Below, piece by piece: positions 13,245 through 25,379 of a DNA stretch of 64,000 nucleotides. The notes beneath the pieces are model-generated. The model did not search any database and was not told the origin of the DNA. It saw only the letters and a program-made list of their open reading frames with translations. The stretch is taken from positions 78,926,001 to 78,990,000 of the forward strand of contig OX597815.1 in the NCBI GenBank assembly GCA_951406725.2, in the 5' to 3' direction. Numbering within the stretch: the stretch's first letter is position 1; every line of letters begins with the position of its first letter. The DNA is from Octopus vulgaris (lineage: Eukaryota). The translations under genes and the position numbers were made by a program.

Positions 13245-13830
13245 TCAGGTCATCCCTGAGCAAGTAGACTTTTGATCATAGATGTTCCAACCATGACCAC
13301 TCCATTTATTTTGAGATATAGTGTATTTAGGACTACCTTATCTAATGTGATACTGTTTTTAAGGTGATAAAATATTATTTGAGGAAGGGTTGTCATTTTT
13401 TGCATTTTGTTTGCTAGTATTTTCAAATCTTTTATATGTGTTTTATCCAGACTACATTATCCTCATATCCTTCATTTTTTAAGACTTTTCAGTGTGACTT
13501 GAGAGAGAGATTGGGCTGTTATTGCTAACATATTGAGTGACTCAACATGAGTTTATGTGATATAGCATGGAGAGGTGTTGTGCTGGTGGAGTTTAGATGG
13601 GTAACATAATGTGATTGTGGTGTGATGCTGTTTAATCCCAACTTTACCCTGACCAAACATGCCTATGAGCAAAGATAATCAATCCATGGCCATCACCTCT
13701 TTTGGTTTTTTAGGAATTAGTGTACATTATCCAGTTTATCCTTTTTAAAGACACTAGATAATGTAGGGTGTGGTTTGAGGGAGTTATGGTTGTTACTTCT
13801 GGTGTGTGAAGTGACCACATAGAAGCTCCT
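13245..13830. repeat. cluster of degenerate copies of an unclassified dispersed repeat
   Basis: GAGAGATTTGGCTGTTATT / ACTACATTATC / CCATGACCA motifs recur here three times and near 3035-3230 (inverted), 18415 and 46740. Confidence 0.5.
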
Positions 13831-14040
13831 CTTTCACTGGTGTAGTGTTAGGTATGACAAAAGAGTGCAGTTGGGAAGTGTTGTGGAGTGTAGTGTGGGA
13901 TGATAGTATATATCTGTGTGTGTATGTGTTTGCATATTTGTGTGTGTGGTCTGTATGCCTCTGTATTTGTGTATGTGTGTGTAGCTTTTAATAGTGTCTT
14001 CTGATAATTTCTAATCATTGTTTCTTATTTCTCACTTCAG

Positions 14041-14524
14041 GCCCTCAATTTGTTTGATCATCCGACAAGTTGCTCTTGACATCACCATGTCATTTGTCTC
14101 AGACGATTTCTCCTGTCAAAAATCTTCTTCATCCCAGTCACTCCTTGTTTCTGCTCTCATGGACCTTTGTGATATAGAATATGAAAAACTAAGCTTTCTT
14201 TCCCCTCTCTGGTTTCCTGGTCAGGCTCAATATTTAGTGACAGTATGTAAAATCCAACTCTGGAAACTGAAACAGACTCAAAGACAATGTGAAGACTTTC
14301 CAGCTTTGCGCCAAATTCTCATAGATTACTTGAATTCTTCTCTCTATGAAATTCGCTTGGAAGTTCTTCATTGGATAAAGACGGAATGTGCATTCAGGAA
14401 TCAATTGGAAAATAACAGTGAATCATTTCAGCATTTCCTGGACTTTGTCTGCCAGTCTACCGAGCTTGTAGACTCCTTGTTGGCTTTTATTTATTCAGAA
14501 GATCACCCACAGTGTCTGGCAGAA
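14041..14524 (+). CDS. THADA: THADA coding exon
   Basis: cag|G...GAA|gtaagt; 484-nt open exon inside ORF 14018..14617 (PSICLIIRQ...LYEIRLEVL...HPQCLAE). Confidence 0.9.
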
Positions 14525-15874
14525 GTAAGTTCAGTTATTCAATATCTCAAGATTTCAATTGTATTAGTTTTTCTTCACAAACGTAGAAAATATTGTGAAA
14601 AAAAAATGAAATATTAAAAATGTGTATCTCACTGTTTATTATCATCATCAAACCTCTGTTTTCCATGCTGGCAGAGTCTGGTTAGCTGTATAACTGCATC
14701 AGGCCCTAATGCCAGCTTTGGTATAGTTTCTATGGTCGAATGCCCTTTCTAACATTCACCACTTTACAGTATATACTAGGTGCTTTTTTCATGACACCAA
14801 CACTAGTGAGGTTGCTCAGTAACTTGCAGGGCAGGAAAGACAAGAAAATGAAAAGTAAAAAAAACTCCCGCAACTGAGTGGGAGGTGGTTTTATGCCAAA
14901 TGTTGAAAGCTAAAGTATGATAGAGGCACAAGCACTCATGTTTTATTATAGTAGAGATACATGGCTTTGCCACCCTGTGCAAAGTGGGTCCGAGTAACTG
15001 GAAGGACAATAAAGATGGTAACAAAGTACCAGAGCATACACTCAAGGTGCAAGGAGAATATAGACTGTGGAGTATAAGGGAGAATATAGACTGTGGATCA
15101 AGAGGAAAGGAAAGGGTGGATAATTGTGGCTGGTTTTTCTACAACTGGATGCCCTGCCTGTCACCAGCCCTTGCTTGCTTCTAAGCAAGGTATTGCTTCA
15201 CCATAGCCAGACATGCTTTTGTATAAGATAGTAAATGGACACTATTTGTATGATGGTGACACTCATTTACAACTATTGAGTAATGTCAAGACAAGGGGAG
15301 ACACACATGCATGAACACACACACACGCACACACACACACACTTGATGAGTTTCTTAGCTCTCATAAAACTCTGATTAATGAGGTGTAAATTGGTCTGAG
15401 CTATCATATTTACTGTGCCTGAAAAGTTATTAATAAGTATAAATATTTGTAAATACACAGCTTTACAACTAACCCATTCACTCATGAAAAGACTGACTTT
15501 TGATGATTGTGATGGTGGTGGTGGGAATGTCAACAGTGCTGCTGCATACTCAATCAAGAAATAGGAATTTTAATTTGGGTTATCTTTATTTATTTATTTA
15601 TTTTGTACTTAGTGATAAAGCTTTAAAATTCATATCTTCATATCTAAATTTTAGATAAAATTAAATTTTGAAAAATATAAAAAATTTTTTCATTCACTCA
15701 GATTCAAAATTCAGTTTCTGTTGAATTTTGTTGGGAATTCAAAATTATATTAAAAAATTTTTCTTTGCAATTCAACTCCAAACTTTGATTTGAAATCTGA
15801 ACAATGTTTCTATTTTATCAAATCAAAATTTCAAATCAAAAATATTAAAAAATTTCCTTTTATATAATCTTAAG

Positions 15875-15946
15875 GTGTTGCGGCTCTTTACTTGCCCACC
15901 AATAGCAAGCCACATAGCCCAGATGGATATATTGAAAGCTTCTAAG
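15875..15946 (+). CDS. THADA: THADA coding exon
   Basis: aag|GTG...AAG|gtatga; VLRLFTCPPIASHIAQMDILKASK; supported by phase continuity, weaker AAG acceptor. Confidence 0.75.
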
Positions 15947-16974
15947 GTATGAATATTTTTTACACACTCAGTTATTGGCAGATTTATAATGAAATTGTTG
16001 AAGTTTGTTGTTTAGCCCCCAAGTAAACTATGATTGTGGTGTGGTATGCAGTCCCAAACCTTGGTGGTAATGTTGGATCTTGAGCTCTGAGATGGAGTTG
16101 TGAGGTCTGTCTTAACTGGATTACCATGTGATTATGTTATGGCGAGGGTGTGTAGGACTCTATATACTGAATTCTAGAGGGAGAAAAGAAGTTGAAAAGT
16201 AAAGGAGGTCTTGATAATATGAGAGTGGTAAAGAAATAGAAAAAACAGAGAAAGCACATGACAAGAGAGAAAGAAAGAGTGAAGCAATAAGAAAGAAAAG
16301 ATAAAAAGAGAAGAGAAATAAATAGTGATAGAGAGAGCTAGAGCAAAAGGAAAAAGAATGACTGGAAGTCGCAAAGCTTTCAGTGAGGAGTAGGAAGATG
16401 GGTGGACTAATAAAATACAATGTTTCAGTACAGTAAATCAGTTACAATAAATTTTTGTTGTTGTGTATACTTTTATTATAAGTAAATCATAAAAATACTT
16501 CACAAGCTGAGATGAGCATTTCATATTTAATGTATCAAATAAAGGTAACTCAAGGAAAGCAACTCTTCAATATATGAGAGAAGTTTCAGTGTAGTGAAAC
16601 TGAACATTCTGAATCAGATAAATTTGTTTCTGGAGACAAAATTATATTGATGGTAGTATGAGGTTGTATTCTTAGGGGTGTGTGTATGTGTTTGTGTTTG
16701 TCTTTCCTCACTACTTGACAGCCAGTGTTAGTTTGTTGACATCCACATAACTTAGCGATTCAACAAAAAAGAGACTGATAAAATAAGTACTAAAACTGAA
16801 AAATAAATATTGAAATCAATTTTTTTCAAGTATGTGGCTCAGCATTGCCACAGTCTAATGACTGATACAAGATACAAGTAAAAAGATTAAAGAAAAAGAT
16901 ACAGTTGTGTGTGTGTGTGTGTGTGTGTAAAATCATAGATGATATTTATTAACTGTTGTTGTTATTGCTTTCAG

Positions 16975-17015
16975 CTATCATATCACATAGTAGATCTACT
17001 TGAGCAGTACCAAGG
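16975..17015 (+). CDS. THADA: THADA small coding exon (41 nt)
   Basis: ctttcag|CTA...GG|gtaagt; LSYHIVDLLEQYQ; provides the phase 0 to 2 change needed by the next exon. Confidence 0.75.
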
Positions 17016-17125
17016 GTAAGTTGATTAATCCTCTTTTTGTGAACTCTTATGTTTCAGTTTAGATTTCTACAGAATCACTAAATCAGTAGTATAATTTACA
17101 TAGAAATATCATCTTTCAGTGACTT

Positions 17126-17392
17126 AATAATAATAATAATAATAATAATAATTGTGTACAGTGCTCAGGTGCACTACAACTCATCTAAAGTGTATATATA
17201 ATCAGGTGAAGTTTCGGCGGATTTCGGAAAGCATGAGGGCCTTAAAAGATGCAGTGTCATGGCAGTCAACAACTGACGCAGGCAGTTTATTCCATGCTTC
17301 AGCAACTCTGAGCGTGAAAAAATGTTTCCGAAAATCATGGGAGCTGTATTGTTTTCTGACTTTGTAGGCATGTCCACGTGTGTTAGACACAT
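17126..17392 (-). mobile_element. CR1-clade LINE 3' fragment with (ATT)n tail
   Basis: TRGHAYKVRKQYSSHDFRKHFFTLRVAEAWNKLP is a typical CR1 ORF2 C-terminus; followed by a short UTR and (TTA)n. Confidence 0.85.
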
Positions 17393-18677
17393 GGAGATAG
17401 ATTTTAAGTCATGTCTCTGGCCTCATTTATAATCTAGTTTATAAATTTTGAAAGGTGATAGTTCTGACACATTCATCAGTTTAACACCATAACCTGAGCC
17501 CTTGTTACCTTTAGAGAAGTTCATTCTATTGCAACTAGTTGGATTAGTGATCGTTGTCAGCGTTGCCGCACTGGCACGTGAACAAAACATTTGAGCGAGG
17601 TCGTTACCAGTGCTGCTGGACTGACTCTTGTACAGGTGGCTTGTAAAAAACACCATTTACGAGCATGGCCGTTGCCAGTACCACCAGACTGGCCCTCGTA
17701 CCGGTGGCACTTTAAAAGCATCCGCTACACTCTTGGAGTGGTTGGCATTAGGAAGGGCATCCAGTGTAGAAACTCTGCCAGATCAGATTGGAGCCTGGTG
17801 CAGCCATCTGGTTTGCCAGTCCCTAGTCAAATCATCCAACCCATGCTAGCATGGAAAGCAGATGTTAAACGATAATGATGATGATGATGATGATGTTGAT
17901 GAAGTTAAGGGTATTTGTCCCTTAAGCAGCTGCTACTAGCTTAGTTCCACTGTTTAGCAGACTGTATTGAATTTGCTCACTACTTGATAGTCATCGTCAT
18001 TGTCATCATTTAATGTCCAAATCTCTGCTGTTGTAAGTTAGACAGTTTGACAGGGTCTTATGAGTTGGATGATTGTATCATACTCCAGTGTCTGCTTTGG
18101 CATGGGTTTCTAAGGCTTCTAGGCCTTCCTAATGCCAACCACTTTATAAAGTGCATTAGGTACCTTTGTTGTGGTGCCAGCACCAAGTGAAGAATGTCTC
18201 ATAACTTGCAAAGGTAAGGGCCCAAAGTAGCTCCTGTAATTGAGGGAGAATAGAAGTGACAGAGTGGATGAAGATTCTAGGCTGAGGAATGAAGGATGGT
18301 AAGTTGAGAAGAACAGGTTTATAGTTGCAATAGGGTGGTAATAGGGAGAGTAATAGAGTACCAGAGTAGTTACTAATTGGAAAGACGGTACAAGGGAAAG
18401 GGTTAGGCTAGGGTGGAGATTTGACTGCTATTGCTAACAACTTGAACAACCATGAAGAGGCCTCTCTTGTTGGCTTGTGATTGGTAGTAGTAATGATGAT
18501 GGTGATAGTGATGGTAGTAGTAGTAGGAGGAGGAGATGGATCAGCAAGTCTGTGATACAAGAAAACTCAAATATGTGTGTTACCAAGTATTAAATTTGCT
18601 TGAAATATGTGGAAGAGATAAAATAATTTTGATTGTTTGTTAATTGTTTATTCTGATAGTCTTTAATGCTATTCTAG

Positions 18678-18741
18678 GCAAGAAATCCAAGAATGTGCTG
18701 TCACGTTTTCTGCTGAACTTTTTCCAAGAGTCTACTATGAG
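18678..18741 (+). CDS. THADA: THADA coding exon
   Basis: tag|G...GAG|gtgaaa; QEIQECAVTFSAELFPRVYYE; phase 2-0. Confidence 0.78.
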
Positions 18742-19848
18742 GTGAAAACATTTATTTCTTCTTTCTATTTTCAAAGTAAAATTCCACTCCAACTCAAGCA
18801 AACCCCTTAATATTTCCTATGTTCATTATTACATGATGCAAATTAAAAGCCACAAGTAACTCAATTCTCAGTTTCCTAAATAAATGTCTTGCAAACAAGG
18901 CCAGCACTACACACTAGACAATTGTCTGAGGTACTAAAATTAAGAGCCTCACAAATAACTTAATCAAAATTTCTTGAAACCATTTTATTTTTAATCTTTA
19001 TATATCATGTGAGACCTCTGAGGTCCTGTTCCAGGACCTCTGAAAGTGATGGGAAGGATGGAAGGAGGACATATCCTCAAACTGGAAGTCTACCCCAAAT
19101 GTTTTGAACAAAGTGGATTTTGCTAATGTCAACCAAGGTGCCAGGTGGTTGTGTCAAATCTGGTTACAAGTTAAGCCTACCTCCCTTGTCAGCCATGACA
19201 AGATTTTAACTCAGAATGCAAAGAGCTGGATTAATTACCACAAGATATCCAGTCTGATTTACTTATAGTACTGTCAGTTTTTTGACAGAAACTGAAGAAG
19301 CCTATTGAATGAACTGGGCTCATTTTTGTATAGCAGACTTAATTTGTTACCTGCTTTAGCATCACTACCTGGCCCTTGGATGTATTTAGTGGAGTTCCTT
19401 GTGTTGAAAGCATTTAGTCCATGGTGGAGGTCATGAAAACAATTTTAGACACAGCTCTTCCTTCTTCGAGTAAACCATTAAAAAACAACAAAAATGGGTT
19501 ACTGTTTTTCCATATGCAAATATTTTCTGTTCATATACTGATGTAAAATTTTTAATACTTCTATATTATCATTTCTACAACAATTTTGTATTTTTTCTCT
19601 TTTATTTTTGTGAAGTTATTGTGCAATTATTTTCTCTTATATTTCCAAAATGTGAAGCGGTTCACATGGCATAGTGGTGAGGGTTTTGGGTTCATGATCA
19701 GGAGGTTAGTAGGTTTGATTCTTCGACTGGATAGCACATTATGTCCTTGAGCAAGACACATCATATATTGCACCAGTCTACTCAGCTGAAAAAGAATGAG
19801 TATCAGCTGAGTGCTGATGTAGCCCTCTCTTCCACCAACTGTCACATT

Positions 19849-19916
19849 CTCAATGCTTCCTCCATCCTCAATGTTTTCCTCAACCTCAATGCTTCCCTCA
19901 TCTTCAATGTTTCCCT
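19849..19916. repeat. 18-bp minisatellite, about 4 units
   Basis: CTCAATG(C/T)TT(C/T)C.. repeated with period 18. Confidence 0.7.
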
Positions 19917-20465
19917 GGGTCAAGGCTGAGAGGCCCAAGAAGATGTCTATGTCTACCCACATTTGAATCATATTTATTTTAAAATATATTTGGTGCAAAT
20001 TATACGACAAAGCTTATAAATTTTCCTCTGTTATCATTATCATCATATTATGTCTGTTTTACCATGCTGGAATAGGTTGGATGGTTCTGTTCCACAACAC
20101 CATCATGCTGCTTGTCCTGGTTCTTTGTCTACTAGTACACACAACAGAAACAAAGCTTCAATCCATGTGGTGTATGTTATAGACTTTTTTTGCCCATCTT
20201 CCTATCACCAGCCATTTTACAGCATGGGCTGGATATATTTGATTATGTCACCAGTACAAGAGATAGACTGTCTACAGCAGGACTAAGATTCTTATTTACT
20301 CTGTTTCAATTTATTCAGAATTACTGCTCTCTAAGATGAGTTCCCTTTACTGAAATTAATGATAATCAAATATCCTCCTTTGTTCAATATTCTTTATGAA
20401 ATACAAGACAAAGCTGCTCTCATTTGGAAGTCCTTACAAATGTAAAGATACCTAAAGATGTAATA

Positions 20466-20616
20466 ATCTTTTCTACTATAGGCACAAGGCCTGAAATTGT
20501 TGGGGACGAGACAAGTCGATTACATCGACCCCAGTGTTTCACTGGTACTTAATCTATCGACCCCGAAAGGACGAGAGGCAAAGTCGACCTTGGTGGAATT
20601 TGAACTCAGAACATAG
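20466..20616 (-). mobile_element. SINE of a third family (Nin-domain-like)
   Basis: minus strand GAGTTCAAATTCC..GGTCGACTTTGCCT..CCTTTCGGGGTCGAT..AAGTACCAG; a degenerate + strand copy lies at about 22888-23100; family name from recall. Confidence 0.65.
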
Positions 20617-21693
20617 CAAATAATAAATGTGTTATTGGTTCTCAAGTAATCTTTCTCTTGTTCCAAGTAGTAACACATTTATTCACCATGACACTCTAAC
20701 ACCACTGTACTATCCATCCATCTTCTCTGCTCACTATTCCTGGAAATATTGTGGGAGTAGAGTCCCAAGGCACCTCCTCTATAGGGTAATATTAGAAGTA
20801 ACAATCATTAGACTTCTCAGCTGGATTCCCTAACATGACCAACTGAAACTATATATATTTTCCAACCTTCACTTTCTTGGTTTACCTCTTAGTGTTTGTT
20901 GGATGGCTCAACTGGAAGAATCTATCTTGTGATTCTTTCCTGCAATATTCTCATCTCATGTCCATACATCAGAATTGTGACTTCTCAATGTGGATAAGTC
21001 ACCACATGACCTGGAGAGATTACCCTCATCTCTGAGCCATGTAACATGTCAAATAATGTTCTTCAGAGACCCTTTGTATGAATCCCATTTCAGCCACTTG
21101 TGTTCACAACTGTATTCTTTCATACTATTGCCAGAGATATCTGAACTACCAAAAACGAAAACAAACTGCCTAACTGTTAGGCATGAAATCACTCAACATA
21201 CTCCTACCTCTGGCCCACAAGCATACTGTCTCCTCACTCTACCTTTTCTACCACTGTACAGTGTTCATGTTTTTTCCTGCAGCTCTTCAAGGGAAAGGAG
21301 CTACAACCATGTTGATCTCACCAGTCTTGAAGGACATGTACAGGTTATGGGTTTTAGATCCAACATACTAATCAAACCTTTAAAAAATCAGCCAATTATG
21401 TATTCCTTGCCTTATAATGAGGTAATTTATTTCTTTAAGATGGTTGGATAATACCTATAGTCTCAGCTGATCACACCTGGGAATCCAGCTAGAAAGTGTA
21501 ATGACTGTTGTTTCTGATAGGACCCTATGGCAAAAGTGCCTGAGGGCTGTACCTCCACAACTCTCCCAGAAATAGTGAATGGAAAAAATAGATGGATGGA
21601 TATTTATATTTTTGTTGTATTTCAGAACCATTTCTTTACTGAAAGCAATGCCTGAATTTTTATAGGTTTTACTTTCTCTCTATTTTATAACAG

Positions 21694-21844
21694 TTATCAG
21701 AAGAAACATCTTTATTGGAGCGTTGGTGTGCAGTATTAACACTATGCAGTGCTACAGAACAAAGTGCAAGTCTTCAACTAGCATGTACCCGGTTTCTGCA
21801 TAAAAATGCAATTTTACTTCTCAAGGACCCTGATAAAGTATTAG
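21694..21844 (+). CDS. THADA: THADA coding exon
   Basis: cag|TTA...G|gtagga; LLERWCAVLTLCSATEQSASLQLAC. Confidence 0.86.
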
Positions 21845-22039
21845 GTAGGATTATTGCTTGTTTGTCTATAAAATAACAAATCAACTACTTATCTGGTCAA
21901 CAAGTTGATTTTCAGGTATTTTGCAATTTTGTCTTATATGTTATTTTTGTAAATATGAATGAAAAATATATTTTTATAGTTTTAAAGTAAACTTTGATAT
22001 AGATGTAAGCAACATATAATGCTTGTAGCATTGTTGTAC

Positions 22040-22400
22040 TGAGGCATTCTAGTATCATCAGCCAGATGCCCTCTCTGTGTCCAGGGCTTGACTTGTCAAG
22101 ACTTTCCAGGTACCTCTGTGTCTGTGTTATGTTGCATGCGGTCAAGCAAGCTGCTGCTTCTTCTCCTCCGTTCTTTTGTTGTCAGTCCACAAACGTCTTT
22201 AATGACCTCTTGTTCTCTTCCCCTCCCCACTTTCTGTCAGGATGGTCTTGGGCAGTGTCTTGTCCAAAATGTGATAGCTATGTGGACTTGATTCTCGATT
22301 GTAGGTGTTTTTGGACTTTCAGCTTCCTCAGATATACAGGTTCAATTTTCATCAAGTATTCTGTCTTAGGTTTCCGTCGTATGTTCAATGTAACTGCAGA
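22040..22400 (-). mobile_element. decayed RTE/BovB-like LINE 3' fragment
   Basis: minus-strand translation fragments resemble the YFGH..G.R.RGR..W region also seen at 49936. Confidence 0.45.
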
Positions 22401-23189
22401 CTAGAGTTATTTGAAATAAATATAAATTTATCAGAGACCTTTTTTTTTTAATATAACATTTTAAATAAAATTTAGTTCTTAGTAGAATTACCAATAGTTT
22501 TGAACCACTTTTACGCAAGACATATCTTGTAACTTATATTGTTTTAAATATTTGATAAACATTGATATCTTGAGTAGAGATGGTATGAGGTCACTAAGAT
22601 AGGACAAGGCAGTACATATTTACTAATCTAGACTTCATGATGCGAGAAGAGTAATATAAAAGCTTCATGAAAGATTATAAACAATCAGTGGCCCAGAACA
22701 TTGGTATCAAGCTTCCCTTGGTTAAATCTTGCTTTATAAACACTTTGGAGTTATATTTTGTTTGTTTAGTAATTTGATCTGCGACAGCGTAGTAAAACTG
22801 AAGCTATCACATCATAAAATGATTATTTTAAACCATTTGAGTACAGACGAACTGGTATATTCAGTTATCAAATAATTCTTGTTGAAAGGTTGCAAGTTGG
22901 CAGAATCATGAGTGCATCAAAGTGCACAGCCTCATACTTCTGGCTTTTTATATTCAGAGTTCAAATTCTTCTGAGGTCAACTTTACCATATGTCCTTTTG
23001 TGGGTTGAGGAAATAAGTTCTAGTTGAGCACTGGGGTCAATGTAATTGACTTGTCTTCCCTCCTCTAAAATTGCTGGTCTTGTGCCAAAATTAAAAACTA
23101 TTTATTTCTTCATAATACAGTCTATTATGAATTGTCAAAAATGTGAATATAATAGATTTTATAAATTTCATATAACTTGTCTGTCTCTG

Positions 23190-23392
23190 TTCTATATTTA
23201 AGAGATGAAGAATTATGTACATTATTTACATTTGATGGCTATTTGTCCTCATCTTGCTTGTTGTAAACACAACGTATCAGCTGATATACCCTCCAGCCTC
23301 CATCAAGCTGATGAAGGCTGGAGGGTATATCAGCCGAAACAACAAACAAGATGGGGACAAATATCCGTCAAATGTAAAATAATGTAAATAAT
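23190..23392. mobile_element. second palindromic Penelope-like pseudo-LTR element
   Basis: inverted arms homologous to 3245-3601, folding back at the CTGATGA core (23308-23314); GGCTG/CAGCC stem and GAAA retained. Confidence 0.75.
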
Positions 23393-23416
23393 GAACTTTG
23401 GCTCTTTCATGTACAG

Positions 23417-23530
23417 GTAAACTGAAATATACATTTTGGGGAATCTTAGTAAATCTGCTGCAGGAAGATGACATGCAAGTGAAAGAGTCTGCAGTTATAG
23501 TTTTGAACAGACTCAACCCATCTAACATTG
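23417..23530 (+). CDS. THADA: THADA coding exon
   Basis: cag|GT...G|gtaagt; FWGILVNLLQEDDMQVKESA resembles the THADA LLQ-E-VR motif. Confidence 0.88.
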
Positions 23531-24554
23531 GTAAGTAAGTTTCATCCATCATCATCATCATCATCATCATTTTAACATCCACTTTTCCATGCTTGCATGG
23601 GTTGGACAGAGTTTACTGAGGCAAATTTTCTGCAGCTGAATGCTCTTCCTGTCACCAACCCTCACTTGTTTTCAAGCAAGAAAATATTTTCTTTCAATAC
23701 ATTTGCACTTTGTCAAATATGCATACAAACATTGCACTTTCAGTAAAGTATACTAACCTCATTCCTCTTTGTTTGGCAATGCTTTTTAAACCGAGTTACA
23801 GGTTTGTTCTAAAGGAACAGCTGTTGTATGCAGGGAAGGTAACTGTACTACATTTTAATTAATATAAGATTATTTTGCAAGATGTAATGTGTTTCAACAT
23901 GTGGTTGTGTTCCATCATGAAATTAAATGTTACATGTACTTATGTATCTTATGTCCCAAGTTTTAAATTTTTTCTTGTTTTCATTTTCTGAGCATCCAAT
24001 TTTGTCAAATATTTTTCAATAAAGACACATTAAAATATTCAGGTATGTATACATACATACATACATACATACATACATCGTGTGCATGTGTGTGTGTGTG
24101 TGTGTATAGCATCCAGCAGAAGAAACAATGCCAGAACAGACAATGGAGCTTATTGCAGCCCCCAGCCTTACCAGCTCCTCTCAAACCATCCAACCCATGC
24201 CGGTATGGAAAACGGACATTAAATGATGATGACGATACATGTATATATATTTTGCTGACACCATAAGAATTTATAAACTTCCAAGGGAATGAGGAATAAT
24301 TCCTTTTTGGAATTAGATCTCAAAGTAGATATAAAGCTTTATTTAAATATTGGGTTGAAAGATATAATATATAATTATGTACACATTTATATATATCATG
24401 CTTTTGTATACTAGAATGTGGAAGACATTTGCTGTGGGACTCATTGAAGAGAAAAATTCTTTATAGATTTTCTGTGTAAAAAATGTGTGAGAAATAACAT
24501 CCTCCACATTCTCAAGTACTGGAACATTCATACCATTTGTTCTTTTATTTTTAG

Positions 24555-24685
24555 TTTCTGAACATCCAGCTTTAACCATTCCAAGTCTTCTCGAACATCT
24601 ACTTCTTCAGCAAGACAACAGCAGTGATGTCTCACCCATACTCACTGCTATATCCTGGATACGAAATATTACCCAATCAAATAAT
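24555..24685 (+). CDS. THADA: THADA coding exon (penultimate)
   Basis: tag|TT...AAT|gtaagt; SEHPALTIPSLLEHLLL; phase 1-0. Confidence 0.82.
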
Positions 24686-25179
24686 GTAAGTAATTAGTTC
24701 ATTAGTCTACTATACTTGACATCTAACAAAACCAATATAGGATCCTCTGCATGCTCACTTAGTGTGCTAGAGGTAGCAGTGATGCCTCAGTAAATTCAAG
24801 AAGGTGCGACACTAAATAATATTGTTTGGAATACACGATAGTTGAAAAAGAAATAACAAATGAAATATGCACAACTGATATGCCTTTGATCATATGTTTG
24901 CTTGTTAAGGCTGACTTAGATTTAAGCAACAACAACTCAATGACATACTGACTGAATGATTGATCATCTGTAATACATCCATCACCAGGGTTGTACACTC
25001 ATAAACAAAAGACTTTTAACTCGCAATGGCAGAGTCATACACTTGTTAACAGGAACCACAAGGAGCTACTGCTTGCCACTTTAAACAGTAGTCAATGTAT
25101 AAATGATGAGTGAATGCGTTATAAACTTGTGATGAGCTAAAACCTTTCTATGCTTTTAGTGAACGGTATGAGAAAAGAC

Positions 25180-25362
25180 TGGCACGTAAAAAGCACCCAC
25201 TACACTCATGGAGTGGTTGGCGTTAGGAAGGGCATCCAGTTGTAGAAACATTGCCAGATAAGACCGGAGCCTGGTGCAGCCTTCTGGCTTCCCAGATCCC
25301 CAGTCGAACCGTCCAACCCATGCTAGCATGGAGAACGAACGTTAAACGATGATGATGATGAT
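25180..25362 (+). mobile_element. RTE 3'-end copy with (GAT)n tail
   Basis: close match to 37694-37886. Confidence 0.88.
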
Positions 25363-25379
25363 ATATATATATAAATATA

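Noticed and set aside
14018-14617. Standalone 199-aa gene
   Set aside because: It is a THADA exon (14041-14524) with intronic read-through at both ends.
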